From NCBI RefSeq assembly GCF_054482525.1, contig NZ_CM137006.1: a stretch of DNA of 64,000 bases. One strand, written 5' to 3'. A program made the position numbers and the translations under genes. Positions 22,915-34,705 of the stretch are shown in pieces; position 1 is the first letter of the stretch; every line of letters begins with the position of its first letter. The notes under the pieces are model-generated. The model worked only from the letters and a program-made list of their open reading frames with translations, made no database searches and was not told the origin of the DNA.

Positions 22915-23397
22915 ATGACAAACCTGACACTGGATGTAAATATTATCGATTTCCCATCAATCCCTGTGGCGATGTTGCCGCACCGTTGTAGCCCTGAGTT
23001 GCTCAACTACAGCGTGGCGAAATTTATCATGTGGCGTAAAGAGACGGGGCTTTCTCCTGTTAACCAAAGCCAGACTTTTGGCGTCGCCTGGGACGACCCT
23101 GCCACCACCGCACCAGAAGCGTTTCGCTTTGATATCTGCGGCAGCGTTAGCGAACCGATCCCCGATAATCGTTATGGCGTAAGTAATGGTGAACTTACCG
23201 GTGGACGTTATGCTGTGGCCCGCCATGTTGGCGAGCTGGACGATATTTCACACACGATATGGGGCATCATTCGCCACTGGCTTCCGGCAAGCGGCGAAAA
23301 AATGCGCAAAGCCCCGATCCTGTTTCACTACACCAATCTTGCCGAAGGGATGACAGAGCAGCGACTGGAAACGGATGTTTATGTACCGTTAGCGTGA
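22915..23397 (+). CDS. ygiV: GyrI-like / AraC effector-domain protein YgiV
   Basis: 160-aa ORF recognised. Confidence 0.8.
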   Translation: MTNLTLDVNIIDFPSIPVAMLPHRCSPELLNYSVAKFIMWRKETGLSPVNQSQTFGVAWDDPATTAPEAFRFDICGSVSEPIPDNRYGVSNGELTGGRYAVARHVGELDDISHTIWGIIRHWLPASGEKMRKAPILFHYTNLAEGMTEQRLETDVYVPLA

Positions 23398-23505
23398 TGG
23401 GGAATCTTTACCGGAGTGTGAGCCAAATCACTCGCGATAAGTTTGAGCGAACAATGCCACAGGCGTATTGTTGTTGGGCTTATAATTTCTCCGGTAAGGA
23501 ATACC

Positions 23506-25113
23506 ATGTATACGCGAAATTTATTATGGCTGGTCAGCCTGGTAAGTGCGGCTCCTCTCTACGCTGCTGACGTTCCCGCCAACACACCGCTCGCCCCGCA
23601 ACAAGTCTTTCGTTACAACAATCATAGCGACCCAGGCACGCTCGACCCGCAAAAGGTAGAGGAGAATACTGCCGCGCAGATTGTGCTGGATCTGTTTGAA
23701 GGTCTGGTATGGATGGACGGTGAAGGCCAGGTGCAGCCCGCTCAGGCTGAACGCTGGGAGATACTGGACGGCGGCAAGCGCTATATTTTCCATCTGCGTA
23801 GCGGTTTGCAGTGGTCAGACGGTCAGCCTCTGACGGCAGAGGATTTTGTCCTCGGCTGGCAGCGCGCGGTTGACCCGAAAACGGCAAGCCCTTTTGCTGG
23901 CTATCTGGCACAGGCGCACATTAACAATGCCGCGGCTATTGTTGCGGGTAAAGCAGATGTTACATCGCTGGGTGTCAAAGCGACGGATGATCGTACTCTT
24001 GAAGTTACGCTTGGGCAGCCAGTTCCTTGGTTCACGACGATGCTCACCTGGCCGACGCTGTTCCCGGTTCCTCATCATGTCATCGCTAAACATGGCGATA
24101 GCTGGAGTAAGCCAGAGAACATGGTTTACAACGGTGCCTTTGTGCTTGATCAGTGGGTAGTTAACGAAAAGATTACTGCACGCAAAAATCCAAAGTACCG
24201 CGATGCGCAACATACAGTATTGCAACAGGTTGAGTATCTGGCGCTGGATAATTCGGTCACCGGCTATAACCGCTATCGCGCGGGAGAGGTCGATCTCACC
24301 TGGGTTCCGGCGCAGCAAATTCCCGCCATTGAATAATCACTGCCTGGCGAGCTACGAATTATCCCGCGTCTGAACAGCGAATATTACAACTTTAACCTTG
24401 AGAAACCGCCATTTAACGATGTGCGGGTGCGTCGGGCGCTATATCTTACGGTTGATCGACAGCTTATTGCGCAAAAGGTACTGGGGTTGAGAACGCCCGC
24501 AACCACGCTGACGCCGCCAGAGGTAAAAGGCTTTAGCGCGACGACGTTCGATGAACTGCAAAAGCCAATGAGTGAGCGTGTCGCGATGGCAAAAGCCTTG
24601 CTCAAACAGGCGGGATACGACGCCTCTCATCCGCTACGCTTTGAGCTGTTCTACAACAAGTACGATCTGCATGAAAAGACCGCGATAGTGTTGTCTTCCG
24701 AATGGAAAAAATGGCTGGGTGCACAGGTGACGCTGCGCACAATGGAGTGGAAAACCTATCTTGATGCCCGACGAGCCGGTGATTTCATGCTGTCTCGGCA
24801 GTCGTGGGATGCGACGTACAATGATGCTTCCAGCTTCCTGAACACGCTCAAAAGCGATAGTGAAGAAAACGTCGGTCACTGGAAAAATGCGCAGTATGAC
24901 GCCTTACTAAACCAGGCCACGCAGATCACTGATGCGACAAAGCGTAATGCGTTGTATCAGCAGGCAGAAGTGATCATCAACCAGCAGGCACCGCTGATTC
25001 CTATCTACTATCAGCCGTTAATCAAACTACTTAAACCCTACGTTGGCGGTTTTCCGCTGCATAATCCCCAGGATTATGTCTACAGCAAAGAGTTGTATAT
25101 CAAGACACATTGA
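23506..25113 (+). pseudogene. ygiS: ygiS (OppA-like periplasmic binding protein) interrupted by in-frame TAA at 24334-24336
   Basis: ORFs 23443..24336 and 24421..25113 are in the same frame, separated only by one stop codon; combined length 535 codons. Confidence 0.8.
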
Positions 25114-25250
25114 TGTCTTTATCGCCGCCGGAGCACGTCCGGCGGCGCTATTCACGCTGATCTCCTGTGACTCGACGCGGCAGATAATGTAGTATCTCCG
25201 GCAATATTGCCCCTTTGAAGGCTGGCGAATAAGTTGAGGAATCAGAATTA

Positions 25251-27509
25251 ATGAGCGATATGGCAGAGCGCCTTGCGCTACATGAATTTACGGAAAACGC
25301 CTACTTAAACTACTCCATGTACGTGATCATGGACCGTGCGTTGCCGTTTATTGGCGATGGTCTGAAACCTGTTCAGCGCCGCATTGTGTATGCGATGTCT
25401 GAGCTGGGCCTGAATGCCAGCGCCAAATTTAAAAAATCGGCCCGTACCGTCGGTGACGTACTGGGTAAATACCATCCGCACGGCGATATCGCCTGTTATG
25501 AAGCGATGGTCCTGATGGCGCAGCCGTTCTCTTACCGTTATCCGCTGGTTGATGGTCAGGGGAACTGGGGTGCGCCGGACGATCCGAAATCGTTCGCGGC
25601 AATGCGTTACACCGAATCCCGGTTGTCGAAATATTCCGAGCTGCTATTGAGCGAGCTGGGGCAGGGGACGGCTGACTGGGTGCCAAACTTCGACGGCACT
25701 TTGCAGGAGCCGAAAATGCTGCCTGCCCGTCTGCCAAACATTTTGCTTAACGGCACCACCGGTATTGCCGTCGGCATGGCGACCGATATTCCACCGCATA
25801 ACCTGCGTGAAGTGGCTCAGGCGGCAATTGCCTTAATCGACCAGCCGAAAACCACGCTCGATCAGCTGCTGGATATCGTGCAGGGGCCGGATTATCCGAC
25901 TGAAGCGGAAATTATCACTTCGCGCGCCGAGATTCGTAAAATCTACGAGAACGGACGTGGTTCAGTGCGTATGCGCGCGGTTTGGAAGAAAGAAGATGGC
26001 GCGGTGGTTATCAGCGCATTGCCGCATCAGGTTTCAGGTGCGCGTGTACTGGAGCAAATTGCTGCGCAAATGCGCAACAAAAAGCTGCCGATGGTTGACG
26101 ATCTGCGCGATGAATCTGACCACGAGAACCCGACCCGTCTGGTGATTGTGCCGCGTTCCAACCGCGTGGATATGGATCAGGTGATGAACCACCTCTTCGC
26201 TACCACCGATCTGGAAAAGAGCTATCGCATTAACCTCAATATGATCGGTCTGGATGGTCGTCCGGCGGTGAAAAACCTGCTGGAAATCCTCTCCGAATGG
26301 CTGGTGTTCCGCCGCGATACCGTGCGCCGCCGACTGAACTATCGTCTGGAGAAAGTCCTCAAGCGCCTGCATATCCTCGAAGGTTTGCTGGTGGCGTTTC
26401 TCAATATCGACGAAGTGATTGAGATCATTCGTAATGAAGATGAACCGAAACCGGCGCTGATGTCGCGGTTTGGCCTTACGGAAACCCAGGCGGAAGCGAT
26501 CCTCGAACTGAAACTGCGTCATCTTGCCAAACTGGAAGAGATGAAGATTCGCGGTGAGCAGAGTGAGCTGGAAAAAGAGCGCGACCAGTTGCAGGGCATT
26601 TTGGCTTCCGAGCGTAAAATGAATAACCTGCTGAAGAAAGAACTGCAGGCAGACGCGCAAGCCTACGGTGACGAACGTCGTTCGCCGTTGCAGGAACGCG
26701 AAGAAGCGAAAGCGATGAGCGAGCACGACATGCTGCCGTCTGAACCTGTCACCATTGTGCTGTCGCAGATGGGCTGGGTACGCAGCGCTAAAGGCCATGA
26801 TATCGACGCGCCGGGCCTGAATTATAAAGCGGGCGATAGCTTCAAAGCGGCGGTGAAAGGTAAGAGCAACCAACCGGTAGTGTTTGTTGATTCCACCGGT
26901 CGTAGCTATGCCATCGACCCGATTACGCTGCCGTCGGCGCGTGGTCAGGGCGAACCGCTCACCGGCAAATTAACGTTGCCGCCTGGAGCGACCGTTGACC
27001 ATATGCTGATGGAAAGCGACGATCAGAAACTGCTGATGGCTTCCGATGCGGGTTACGGTTTCGTCTGCACCTTTAACGATCTGGTGGCGCGTAACCGTGC
27101 AGGTAAGGCTTTGATCACCTTACCGGAAAATGCCCATGTTATGCCGCCGGTGGTGATTGAGGATGCTTCCGATATGCTGCTGGCAATCACTCAGGCAGGC
27201 CGTATGTTGATGTTCCCGGTAAGCGATCTGCCGCAGTTGTCGAAGGGCAAAGGCAATAAGATTATCAACATTCCGTCGGCAGAAGCCGCGCGTGGCGAGG
27301 ATGGTCTGGCGCAACTGTACGTTCTACCACCGCAAAGCACGCTGACCATTCATGTTGGGAAACGCAAAATTAAACTGCGTCCGGAAGAGCTACAGAAAGT
27401 CACTGGCGAACGTGGACGCCGCGGTACGTTGATGCGCGGTTTGCAGCGTATCGATCGTGTTGAGATCGACTCTCCTCGCCGTGCCAGCAGCGGTGATAGC
27501 GAAGAGTAA
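25251..27509 (+). CDS. parC: DNA topoisomerase IV subunit A
   Basis: 752-aa ORF recognised. Confidence 0.95.
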   Translation: MSDMAERLALHEFTENAYLNYSMYVIMDRALPFIGDGLKPVQRRIVYAMSELGLNASAKFKKSARTVGDVLGKYHPHGDIACYEAMVLMAQPFSYRYPLVDGQGNWGAPDDPKSFAAMRYTESRLSKYSELLLSELGQGTADWVPNFDGTLQEPKMLPARLPNILLNGTTGIAVGMATDIPPHNLREVAQAAIALIDQPKTTLDQLLDIVQGPDYPTEAEIITSRAEIRKIYENGRGSVRMRAVWKKEDGAVVISALPHQVSGARVLEQIAAQMRNKKLPMVDDLRDESDHENPTRLVIVPRSNRVDMDQVMNHLFATTDLEKSYRINLNMIGLDGRPAVKNLLEILSEWLVFRRDTVRRRLNYRLEKVLKRLHILEGLLVAFLNIDEVIEIIRNEDEPKPALMSRFGLTETQAEAILELKLRHLAKLEEMKIRGEQSELEKERDQLQGILASERKMNNLLKKELQADAQAYGDERRSPLQEREEAKAMSEHDMLPSEPVTIVLSQMGWVRSAKGHDIDAPGLNYKAGDSFKAAVKGKSNQPVVFVDSTGRSYAIDPITLPSARGQGEPLTGKLTLPPGATVDHMLMESDDQKLLMASDAGYGFVCTFNDLVARNRAGKALITLPENAHVMPPVVIEDASDMLLAITQAGRMLMFPVSDLPQLSKGKGNKIINIPSAEAARGEDGLAQLYVLPPQSTLTIHVGKRKIKLRPEELQKVTGERGRRGTLMRGLQRIDRVEIDSPRRASSGDSEE

Positions 27510-27550
27510 TATGCCGGGGAGGGCGCTGTTTCCTCCCGCTTGCAAGGAAC

Positions 27551-27580
27551 GCCGGATGAAACGTTAAGTCGTCATCCGGC
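27551..27580. repeat. REP-like palindrome (gccggatga...tcatccggc)
   Basis: Inverted repeat with GCCGGATG / CATCCGGC arms downstream of parC. Confidence 0.55.
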
Positions 27581-27742
27581 AGCGTATTCAACCCCCGGAA
27601 ACGATAAAAATTCCCTTGAAACCGTTGTTTATTCATGCGTTGCGATTAACAATACGCTTTTCCAGAGAGCTGCTTTTAACAATGCCCTAACCTGATTTCA
27701 GGTGACGTACAATGCCAGTCTCTCAGACCTTCAGAGGGTGTT

Positions 27743-28480
27743 ATGCTATATATCTTTCGTCTTATTATTACCGTGATTTACAGCATTTTAGTCTGTGTAT
27801 TCGGCTCCATTTACTGCCTTTTCAGCCCGCGTAATCCGAAACATGTGGCCACCTTTGGGCATATGTTTGGCCGTCTTGCGCCGCTGTTCGGCCTGAAAGT
27901 GGAGTGCCGCAAACCTGCAGACGCTGAAAGTTACGGCAATGCTATCTATATCGCTAACCACCAGAACAACTATGACATGGTGACAGCATCGAACATTGTG
28001 CAACCGCCGACGGTAACGGTTGGTAAAAAGAGCTTGCTGTGGATCCCCTTCTTCGGGCAGTTGTACTGGTTAACCGGTAACTTATTGATCGACAGAAACA
28101 ATCGCACTAAAGCTCACGGCACTATTGCGGAAGTCGTGAATCACTTCAAAAAACGCCGTATTTCCATCTGGATGTTCCCGGAAGGAACCCGCAGCCGTGG
28201 TCGCGGCCTGCTACCGTTCAAGACCGGGGCATTTCACGCGGCAATTGCGGCGGGCGTCCCGATTATTCCCGTGTGCGTCTCTACAACTTCGAATAAGATT
28301 AATCTTAATCGGCTACACAACGGTCTGGTGATTGTCGAAATGCTGCCGCCAATTGACGTCAGTCAGTATGGCAAAGATCAGGTTCGCGAGTTGGCTGCCC
28401 ATTGTCGTTCGATAATGGAACAAAAAATCGCTGAGCTCGATAAAGAAGTCGCAGAGCGCGAAGCCGCCGGAAAAGTTTAA
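27743..28480 (+). CDS. plsC: 1-acyl-sn-glycerol-3-phosphate acyltransferase
   Basis: 245-aa ORF with HQNNYD acyltransferase motif. Confidence 0.95.
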   Translation: MLYIFRLIITVIYSILVCVFGSIYCLFSPRNPKHVATFGHMFGRLAPLFGLKVECRKPADAESYGNAIYIANHQNNYDMVTASNIVQPPTVTVGKKSLLWIPFFGQLYWLTGNLLIDRNNRTKAHGTIAEVVNHFKKRRISIWMFPEGTRSRGRGLLPFKTGAFHAAIAAGVPIIPVCVSTTSNKINLNRLHNGLVIVEMLPPIDVSQYGKDQVRELAAHCRSIMEQKIAELDKEVAEREAAGKV

Positions 28481-28554
28481 GTCGGCAATCTGTATTTTTG
28501 CGGGGAACACTTTCCTGCACGGTATTACTTTAGCCAGTTTTACATGGAGCAAAT

Positions 28555-29967
28555 ATGTCAATCAGTCGGCGTCAGTTCATTCAGGCATCGGGGATTGCAC
28601 TTTGTGCAGGCGCTGTTCCCCTGAAGGCCAGCGCAGCCGGGCAACAGCAACCGCTACCCGTTCCGCCGCTACTTGAATCTCGCCGTGGGCAACCGCTGTT
28701 TATGACTGTACAACGTGCGCACTGGTCATTTACGCCAGGGACACGCGCGTCGGTCTGGGGAATCAATGGTCGTTACCTGGGGCCGACTATCCGCGTCTGG
28801 AAGGGCGACGATGTTAAGCTTATTTACAGCAACCGCCTGACAGAAAATGTCTCAATGACGGTGGCCGGGCTACAGGTACCAGGCCCGCTGATGGGCGGTC
28901 CGGCACGGATGATGTCGCCAAACGCTGACTGGGCACCCGTACTGCCCATTCGCCAGAACGCAGCTACTCTGTGGTATCACGCCAATACTCCCAACCGCAC
29001 GGCTCAGCAGGTCTATAACGGCCTTGCCGGAATGTGGCTGGTGGAAGATGAAGTCAGCAAGTCGCTGCCTATCCCCAACCATTATGGTGTGGATGATTTT
29101 CCGGTCATTATCCAGGATAAACGGCTGGATAACTTTGGTACGCCAGAATACAACGAACCGGGAAGCGGCGGCTTTGTTGGTGATACGCTGCTGGTTAACG
29201 GTGTACAAAGCCCGTACGTTGAAGTCTCGCGTGGCTGGGTGCGCTTGCGACTGCTGAACGCGTCGAACTCTCGTCGCTATCAACTACAGATGAACGATGG
29301 TCGCCCGTTACATGTGATTTCTGGCGATCAGGGATTCCTGCCTGCTCCTGTATCGGTGAAGCAACTTTCGCTGGCACCGGGCGAGCGCCGCGAGATTCTG
29401 GTGGATATGAGCAACGGCGATGAAGTGTCGATCACCTGTGGCGAAGCGGCGAGCATTGTTGATCGTATTCGTGGCTTCTTTGAGCCATCCAGTATTCTGG
29501 TTTCTACCCTGGTGCTAACGCTGCGCCCAACCGGCCTTCTGCCGCTGGTCACAGACAGTCTTCCGATGCGCTTGCTGCCAACTGAAATCATGGCTGGTTC
29601 GCCAATTCGCAGTCGCGATATCAGTCTGGGTGATGACCCGGGTATTAATGGACAGCTGTGGGACGTCAACCGTATTGATGTCACCGCGCAGCAAGGAACG
29701 TGGGAACGCTGGACGGTACGCGCGGACGAGCCGCAAGCGTTCCATATTGAAGGCGTAATGTTCCAGATCCGTAGCGTGAATGGCGCGATGCCGTTCCCGG
29801 AAGACAGAGGCTGGAAAGATACCGTTTGGGTTGACGGACAAGTGGAGCTGCTTGTTTATTTCGGTCAGCCTTCCTGGGCGCACTTCCCGTTCTACTTCAA
29901 CAGTCAGACGCTGGAAATGGCGGACCGTGGCTCGATTGGGCAACTGTTGGTCAATCCGGTACCGTAA
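28555..29967 (+). CDS. ftsP: Cell division protein FtsP (SufI), multicopper-oxidase fold, Tat substrate
   Basis: 470-aa ORF with twin-arginine signal SRRQFIQASG. Confidence 0.95.
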   Translation: MSISRRQFIQASGIALCAGAVPLKASAAGQQQPLPVPPLLESRRGQPLFMTVQRAHWSFTPGTRASVWGINGRYLGPTIRVWKGDDVKLIYSNRLTENVSMTVAGLQVPGPLMGGPARMMSPNADWAPVLPIRQNAATLWYHANTPNRTAQQVYNGLAGMWLVEDEVSKSLPIPNHYGVDDFPVIIQDKRLDNFGTPEYNEPGSGGFVGDTLLVNGVQSPYVEVSRGWVRLRLLNASNSRRYQLQMNDGRPLHVISGDQGFLPAPVSVKQLSLAPGERREILVDMSNGDEVSITCGEAASIVDRIRGFFEPSSILVSTLVLTLRPTGLLPLVTDSLPMRLLPTEIMAGSPIRSRDISLGDDPGINGQLWDVNRIDVTAQQGTWERWTVRADEPQAFHIEGVMFQIRSVNGAMPFPEDRGWKDTVWVDGQVELLVYFGQPSWAHFPFYFNSQTLEMADRGSIGQLLVNPVP

Positions 29968-30077
29968 TCTTCATACTCGCCCGAGGAGGGCGAGTATGGA
30001 ATACCTTTCGATTTCTCTTTCGTTCCGGCTTATAATCCCCGGCCTTTGATTATTTTTTTATCATTTCTGGAAGCAAA

Positions 30078-32297
30078 ATGAGCTCTATCTCCCTGATCCA
30101 ACCGGATCGCGACCTGTTCTCCTGGCCGCAGTACTGGGCCGCCTGTTTTGGACCGGCACCGTTTTTGCCGATGTCTCGTGAAGAGATGGATCAACTTGGC
30201 TGGGATAGCTGCGACATCATTTTGGTTACTGGCGACGCGTATGTCGATCACCCAAGCTTCGGGATGGCGATTTGCGGTCGTATGCTGGAAGCGCAGGGCT
30301 TTCGCGTCGGGATCATCGCCCAGCCGGACTGGAGCAGCAAAGACGACTTTATGCGTCTGGGTAAACCGAATCTGTTTTTCGGTGTTACTGCTGGCAACAT
30401 GGATTCGATGATCAACCGTTATACCGCCGATCGCCGTTTACGTCATGACGATGCCTACACGCCGGATAACGTCGCGGGTAAGCGCCCGGATCGCGCCACA
30501 CTGGTTTATACCCAGCGTTGTAAAGAGGCGTGGAAAGATGTACCGGTGATCCTCGGCGGTATTGAGGCTAGTCTGCGCCGTACCGCGCATTATGATTACT
30601 GGTCCGATACCGTGCGCCGTTCCGTGCTGGTGGATTCGAAAGCCGACATGCTGATGTTTGGTAACGGTGAGCGTCCGCTGGTGGAAGTGGCGCATCGTCT
30701 GGCGATGGGCGAGCCAATTAGTGAAATCCGCGATGTGCGTAATACCGCGATTATCGTGAAAGAGGCGCTGCCTGGCTGGAGCGGCGTGGATTCCACCCGT
30801 CTTGATACCCCTGGAAAAATCGACCCAATCCCGCATCCGTATGGTGAAGATTTGCCGTGCGCGGATAACAAACCGGTGGCACCGAAAAAGCAGGAAGCCA
30901 AAGCCGTAACCGTGCAGCCACCGCGCCCGAAACCGTGGGAAAAAACCTACGTGTTGCTGCCTTCTTTCGAGAAAGTGAAGGGCGATAAAGTGCTGTACGC
31001 CCATGCTTCGCGTATTCTGCACCACGAAACCAACCCAGGCTGTGCCCGCGCATTGATGCAAAAACACGGCGACCGCTATGTGTGGATCAACCCGCCTGCT
31101 ATTCCGCTTTCTACCGAAGAGATGGACAGCGTTTTTGCGCTGCCATACAAGCGCGTGCCACATCCGGCCTATGGCAATGCCCGTATTCCGGCTTACGAAA
31201 TGATCCGTTTTTCGGTCAACATTATGCGTGGCTGCTTTGGCGGCTGCTCTTTCTGTTCTATCACCGAGCACGAAGGGCGCATTATTCAGAGCCGTTCCGA
31301 AGATTCGATCATTAATGAGATCGAAGCGATCCGCGACACCGTTCCAGGTTTTACGGGCGTGATTTCCGATCTTGGTGGGCCAACTGCCAACATGTATATG
31401 TTGCGCTGCAAATCGCCACGCGCTGAACAAACTTGTCGCCGTTTGTCGTGCGTTTATCCGGATATTTGTCCGCACATGGACACGAACCACGAACCAACGA
31501 TCAACCTCTATCGCCGTGCGCGTGATCTGAAAGGCATTAAAAAGATCCTGATTGCCTCTGGTGTGCGTTATGACATAGCCGTAGAAGATCCGCGCTATAT
31601 CAAAGAACTGGCGACCCATCACGTCGGCGGTTATCTGAAGATTGCCCCGGAACATACCGAAGAAGGGCCGTTATCGAAGATGATGAAGCCGGGCATGGGC
31701 AGCTATGACCGCTTTAAAGAGCTGTTCGATACTTACTCAAAACAGGCAGGTAAAGAGCAGTATCTGATCCCCTATTTCATCTCCGCGCACCCCGGTACGC
31801 GTGATGAAGATATGGTGAATCTGGCGCTGTGGCTGAAAAAGCACCGCTTCCGCCTCGACCAGGTGCAGAACTTCTATCCGTCGCCGCTGGCGAACTCAAC
31901 CACCATGTATTACACCGGGAAAAACCCGCTGGCGAAGATTGGTTATAAGAGCGAAGACGTCTTCGTACCGAAGGGCGACAAACAGCGTCGTTTGCATAAA
32001 GCGTTGTTGCGTTACCACGATCCGGCAAACTGGCCGTTAATCCGCCAGGCGCTGGAAGCGATGGGCAAAAAGCATCTGATTGGCAGCCGTCGCGATTGCT
32101 TAGTGCCTGCGCCAACCATTGAAGAGATGCGTGAAGCTCGTCGCCAGAACCGCAATACCCGTCCGGCGTTGACGAAACATACGCCGATGGCGACCCAGCG
32201 TCAGACGCCTGCTACGGCAAAAAAAGCGTCGTCTACGCAATCTCGTCCGGTGAATGCTGGTGCGAAGAAACGGCCTAAAGCGGCGGTTGGACGTTAA
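30078..32297 (+). CDS. ygiQ: Radical SAM protein YgiQ (UPF0313)
   Basis: 739-aa ORF with CFGGCSFC radical-SAM cysteine motif. Confidence 0.9.
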   Translation: MSSISLIQPDRDLFSWPQYWAACFGPAPFLPMSREEMDQLGWDSCDIILVTGDAYVDHPSFGMAICGRMLEAQGFRVGIIAQPDWSSKDDFMRLGKPNLFFGVTAGNMDSMINRYTADRRLRHDDAYTPDNVAGKRPDRATLVYTQRCKEAWKDVPVILGGIEASLRRTAHYDYWSDTVRRSVLVDSKADMLMFGNGERPLVEVAHRLAMGEPISEIRDVRNTAIIVKEALPGWSGVDSTRLDTPGKIDPIPHPYGEDLPCADNKPVAPKKQEAKAVTVQPPRPKPWEKTYVLLPSFEKVKGDKVLYAHASRILHHETNPGCARALMQKHGDRYVWINPPAIPLSTEEMDSVFALPYKRVPHPAYGNARIPAYEMIRFSVNIMRGCFGGCSFCSITEHEGRIIQSRSEDSIINEIEAIRDTVPGFTGVISDLGGPTANMYMLRCKSPRAEQTCRRLSCVYPDICPHMDTNHEPTINLYRRARDLKGIKKILIASGVRYDIAVEDPRYIKELATHHVGGYLKIAPEHTEEGPLSKMMKPGMGSYDRFKELFDTYSKQAGKEQYLIPYFISAHPGTRDEDMVNLALWLKKHRFRLDQVQNFYPSPLANSTTMYYTGKNPLAKIGYKSEDVFVPKGDKQRRLHKALLRYHDPANWPLIRQALEAMGKKHLIGSRRDCLVPAPTIEEMREARRQNRNTRPALTKHTPMATQRQTPATAKKASSTQSRPVNAGAKKRPKAAVGR

Positions 32298-32302
32298 AAA
32301 AT

Positions 32303-32339
32303 ATCCCCGGCAACTGACACGCTACCGGGGATTTTTTTA
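32303..32339. terminator. Bidirectional rho-independent terminator (atccccgg...ccggggat + T-run)
   Basis: Inverted repeat plus TTTTTTT between convergent ygiQ and yqhH. Confidence 0.75.
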
Positions 32340-32597
32340 TCATTCTGCGTACATACGCAAGCAGCGCAGGCAATCAAAATAGTCCTGAGCATCAAGACGC
32401 GTATTGGCTCTGTTAGCTTCGGATTTGGCAGCATAGATTTGTGGGCGTAGTGCTTTCATATCCTGCTCAAGCCGGGCGATTTTGGCATTTAATGTTTGCA
32501 CATTGCTCGCCAGCTGATTGACCTTTTGCTCATTGACGCAGCCACTGAGCAAGCAGGTTGCCAGAACAACAGCTCCCACGGTGAAAATCGTTTTCAT
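32340..32597 (-). CDS. yqhH: Lpp-like outer membrane lipoprotein YqhH
   Basis: 85-aa ORF, lipobox LSGC, coiled-coil. Confidence 0.85.
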
Positions 32598-32647
32598 ATA
32601 GTGTTCCCTTTTATTTATTGTTCCGGCTAATTGTTATTTAATTCAGC

Positions 32648-33574
32648 TCATTGCTTTAATCTGGCGGCAGTTTTTGCCTCAATCTGCTTAAGTAGGCTGC
32701 CGCTGTTCGGGCGGATAAAATCAGCGATTTCCCACTTGCCTTCGCGCCGCTGTAAAACCAGTTCTTGCTCTTCGTTGTTGCCATTGGTCAGCGTAAAACG
32801 AACATGAATGCGGGCGGAATCGGCGGTTTTCTCCAGGACTCGAATTTCATCAACGCGTGAAAATAGCGACTCTTCGCCAAAACAGATCGGATTGTCGTAA
32901 ATAAATTGCCGTTCTATTTGCATATCTTCATCGGGATTATTGGCCGTCTTGAAGGTGGTTTTATAGAAGGCATTAACCGCCTGGCGGTAAGAGTCGGAAA
33001 CCACCCACGTCCACGGCCAGCTATAATCAGCAATATGTTCAAAGAGTTCGGCAACAAAGGCTTCCGGCTGTTCTTTTTGCAACGAAGCTAAAGCGGCCAG
33101 CGTTTTTTCATTCTCGCTATTAACTGCTTGTAAGACGCTGCCATGATTGCTGACAATATCGTCAATGACCCAACGACCATTTTCCGCCACCATTTTCAGT
33201 GTCTGCGTGGTCTTTTCTTTATCATCTTTAAAGATACGAAAGCGCACAACGGCATCGGCATGATCGGCGTCAGTTTGGGTTATCGCAACGCTTTCTAGCA
33301 CCAGATCGCCAAAATCCTGACAATCACAAACCGGATCATAATCCAGCCAGCCAATATTGCCCGGCAGCGTAAGATTGTCGTTCAGGGTAAGCGCCTGTTG
33401 AATACGCGCAGAAGTTATCGCCCGCTCTCCAGTTTCACCAAAATAAGGGGCAGTGGCATCTGATTTATAGTTCTGATAAATATGCCGGACTGTTTGTTCT
33501 ACGGTCTGTGAGGGGGGCTGTGCGTGTACGGTAAAACTTGCCAGGGCTGCTAAAAACAGAAGTATTATTTTCAT
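32648..33574 (-). CDS. yqhG: DUF3828 periplasmic protein YqhG
   Basis: 308-aa ORF with signal peptide. Confidence 0.85.
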   Translation of the reverse strand: MKIILLFLAALASFTVHAQPPSQTVEQTVRHIYQNYKSDATAPYFGETGERAITSARIQQALTLNDNLTLPGNIGWLDYDPVCDCQDFGDLVLESVAITQTDADHADAVVRFRIFKDDKEKTTQTLKMVAENGRWVIDDIVSNHGSVLQAVNSENEKTLAALASLQKEQPEAFVAELFEHIADYSWPWTWVVSDSYRQAVNAFYKTTFKTANNPDEDMQIERQFIYDNPICFGEESLFSRVDEIRVLEKTADSARIHVRFTLTNGNNEEQELVLQRREGKWEIADFIRPNSGSLLKQIEAKTAARLKQ

Positions 33575-33773
33575 CTGTTTTTCACCTCTCCGTTGCGTTT
33601 ATCCCGGATATAGATGAGTTGTTCTTTTAAGAGCTTCCGGCTCTGCATGATGATGTCCTTATATTTGGCATTCCTGAACAAGGAAGAGTAACAACGGGCG
33701 GGACGCGAGGGGAATAAATGATTTCTGAAAAGTCCGGTAGCGGAACATTACCGCCACCGGGAGAATTTGCATG

Positions 33774-34601
33774 TTAGCCGCCGAACTGGTCAGGATCGGG
33801 ACCGAGACGCTTGCCCTGATCGAGTTTTGCAATTTCGCCGAGTTCGTCTTTGTCGAGACGGAAATCCCAGACATCAAAGTTTTCGGCAATACGTGAAGGT
33901 GTGACCGATTTCGGGATCACCACCAGGCCGCTATCCAGATGCCAGCGGATAACAATCTGCGCCGGGGTTTTGCCGTATTTATCTGCCAGATCGCGAATGA
34001 CTTTCTGATCGAAAACGCCTTTCCCTCCTTGCGCTAATGGGCTCCAGGATTCGGTCTGGATTTTGTGTGTCGCGTTCCAGGCGTGTAGCTGGCGTTGTTG
34101 CATCAGCGGATGAAGTTCGATCTGGTTTATCACAGGCGTCACGCCAGTTTCATCAATCAGGCGTTGCAGGTGATGGATCTGGAAGTTGCACACGCCGATG
34201 CTTTTGATTAATCCCTCTTTTTGCAATTCGATCATGCCTTTCCATGCTTCGACATAATGGTCGATAGCGGGAACGGGCCAGTGCATTAAGTAGAGGTCGA
34301 TATAATCAAGCTGGAGTTTTTTCAGGCTGTCGAGCAGGGCTTCGCGGGGGCGCTTGTGGTCGTCGTTCCACAGCTTAGTGGTGATGAACAGTTCTTCTCT
34401 GTTGACTGAGGCATTTTTCAGGGCTTTGCCGACACCTTCTTCGTTCTTGTAGGCCGCGGCGGTATCAATCGAGCGATAACCCACTTCTAACGCTTTTTGA
34501 ATGGCGGTGATTACTTCCTCATTACTTGCTTGCCAGACGCCCAGTCCCAGCTGGGGCATGACATTGCCATCCTGTAGCTTAATAACGGTTGGATTAGCCA
34601 T
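33774..34601 (-). CDS. dkgA: 2,5-diketo-D-gluconate reductase A / methylglyoxal reductase (AKR)
   Basis: 275-aa aldo-keto reductase ORF recognised. Confidence 0.9.
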   Translation of the reverse strand: MANPTVIKLQDGNVMPQLGLGVWQASNEEVITAIQKALEVGYRSIDTAAAYKNEEGVGKALKNASVNREELFITTKLWNDDHKRPREALLDSLKKLQLDYIDLYLMHWPVPAIDHYVEAWKGMIELQKEGLIKSIGVCNFQIHHLQRLIDETGVTPVINQIELHPLMQQRQLHAWNATHKIQTESWSPLAQGGKGVFDQKVIRDLADKYGKTPAQIVIRWHLDSGLVVIPKSVTPSRIAENFDVWDFRLDKDELGEIAKLDQGKRLGPDPDQFGG

Positions 34602-34705
34602 ACGTTCCTCCTTTATATGAACTCACCGGAGCAGGCTCCGGTGAGGTGTTGTGAACTTAAGTCTGGACGAAATGCCCGAAAACGAAAGTTTGAGGCGTAA
34701 AAAGC

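Noticed and set aside
26034-26873. 279-aa ORF antisense to parC
   Set aside because: Lies entirely within a well-conserved parC frame; low-complexity Arg/His/Phe-rich translation typical of antisense frames in GC-rich genes.
30438-31655. 405-aa ORF antisense to ygiQ
   Set aside because: Fully embedded in the ygiQ coding frame on the opposite strand; no RBS or recognisable domain.
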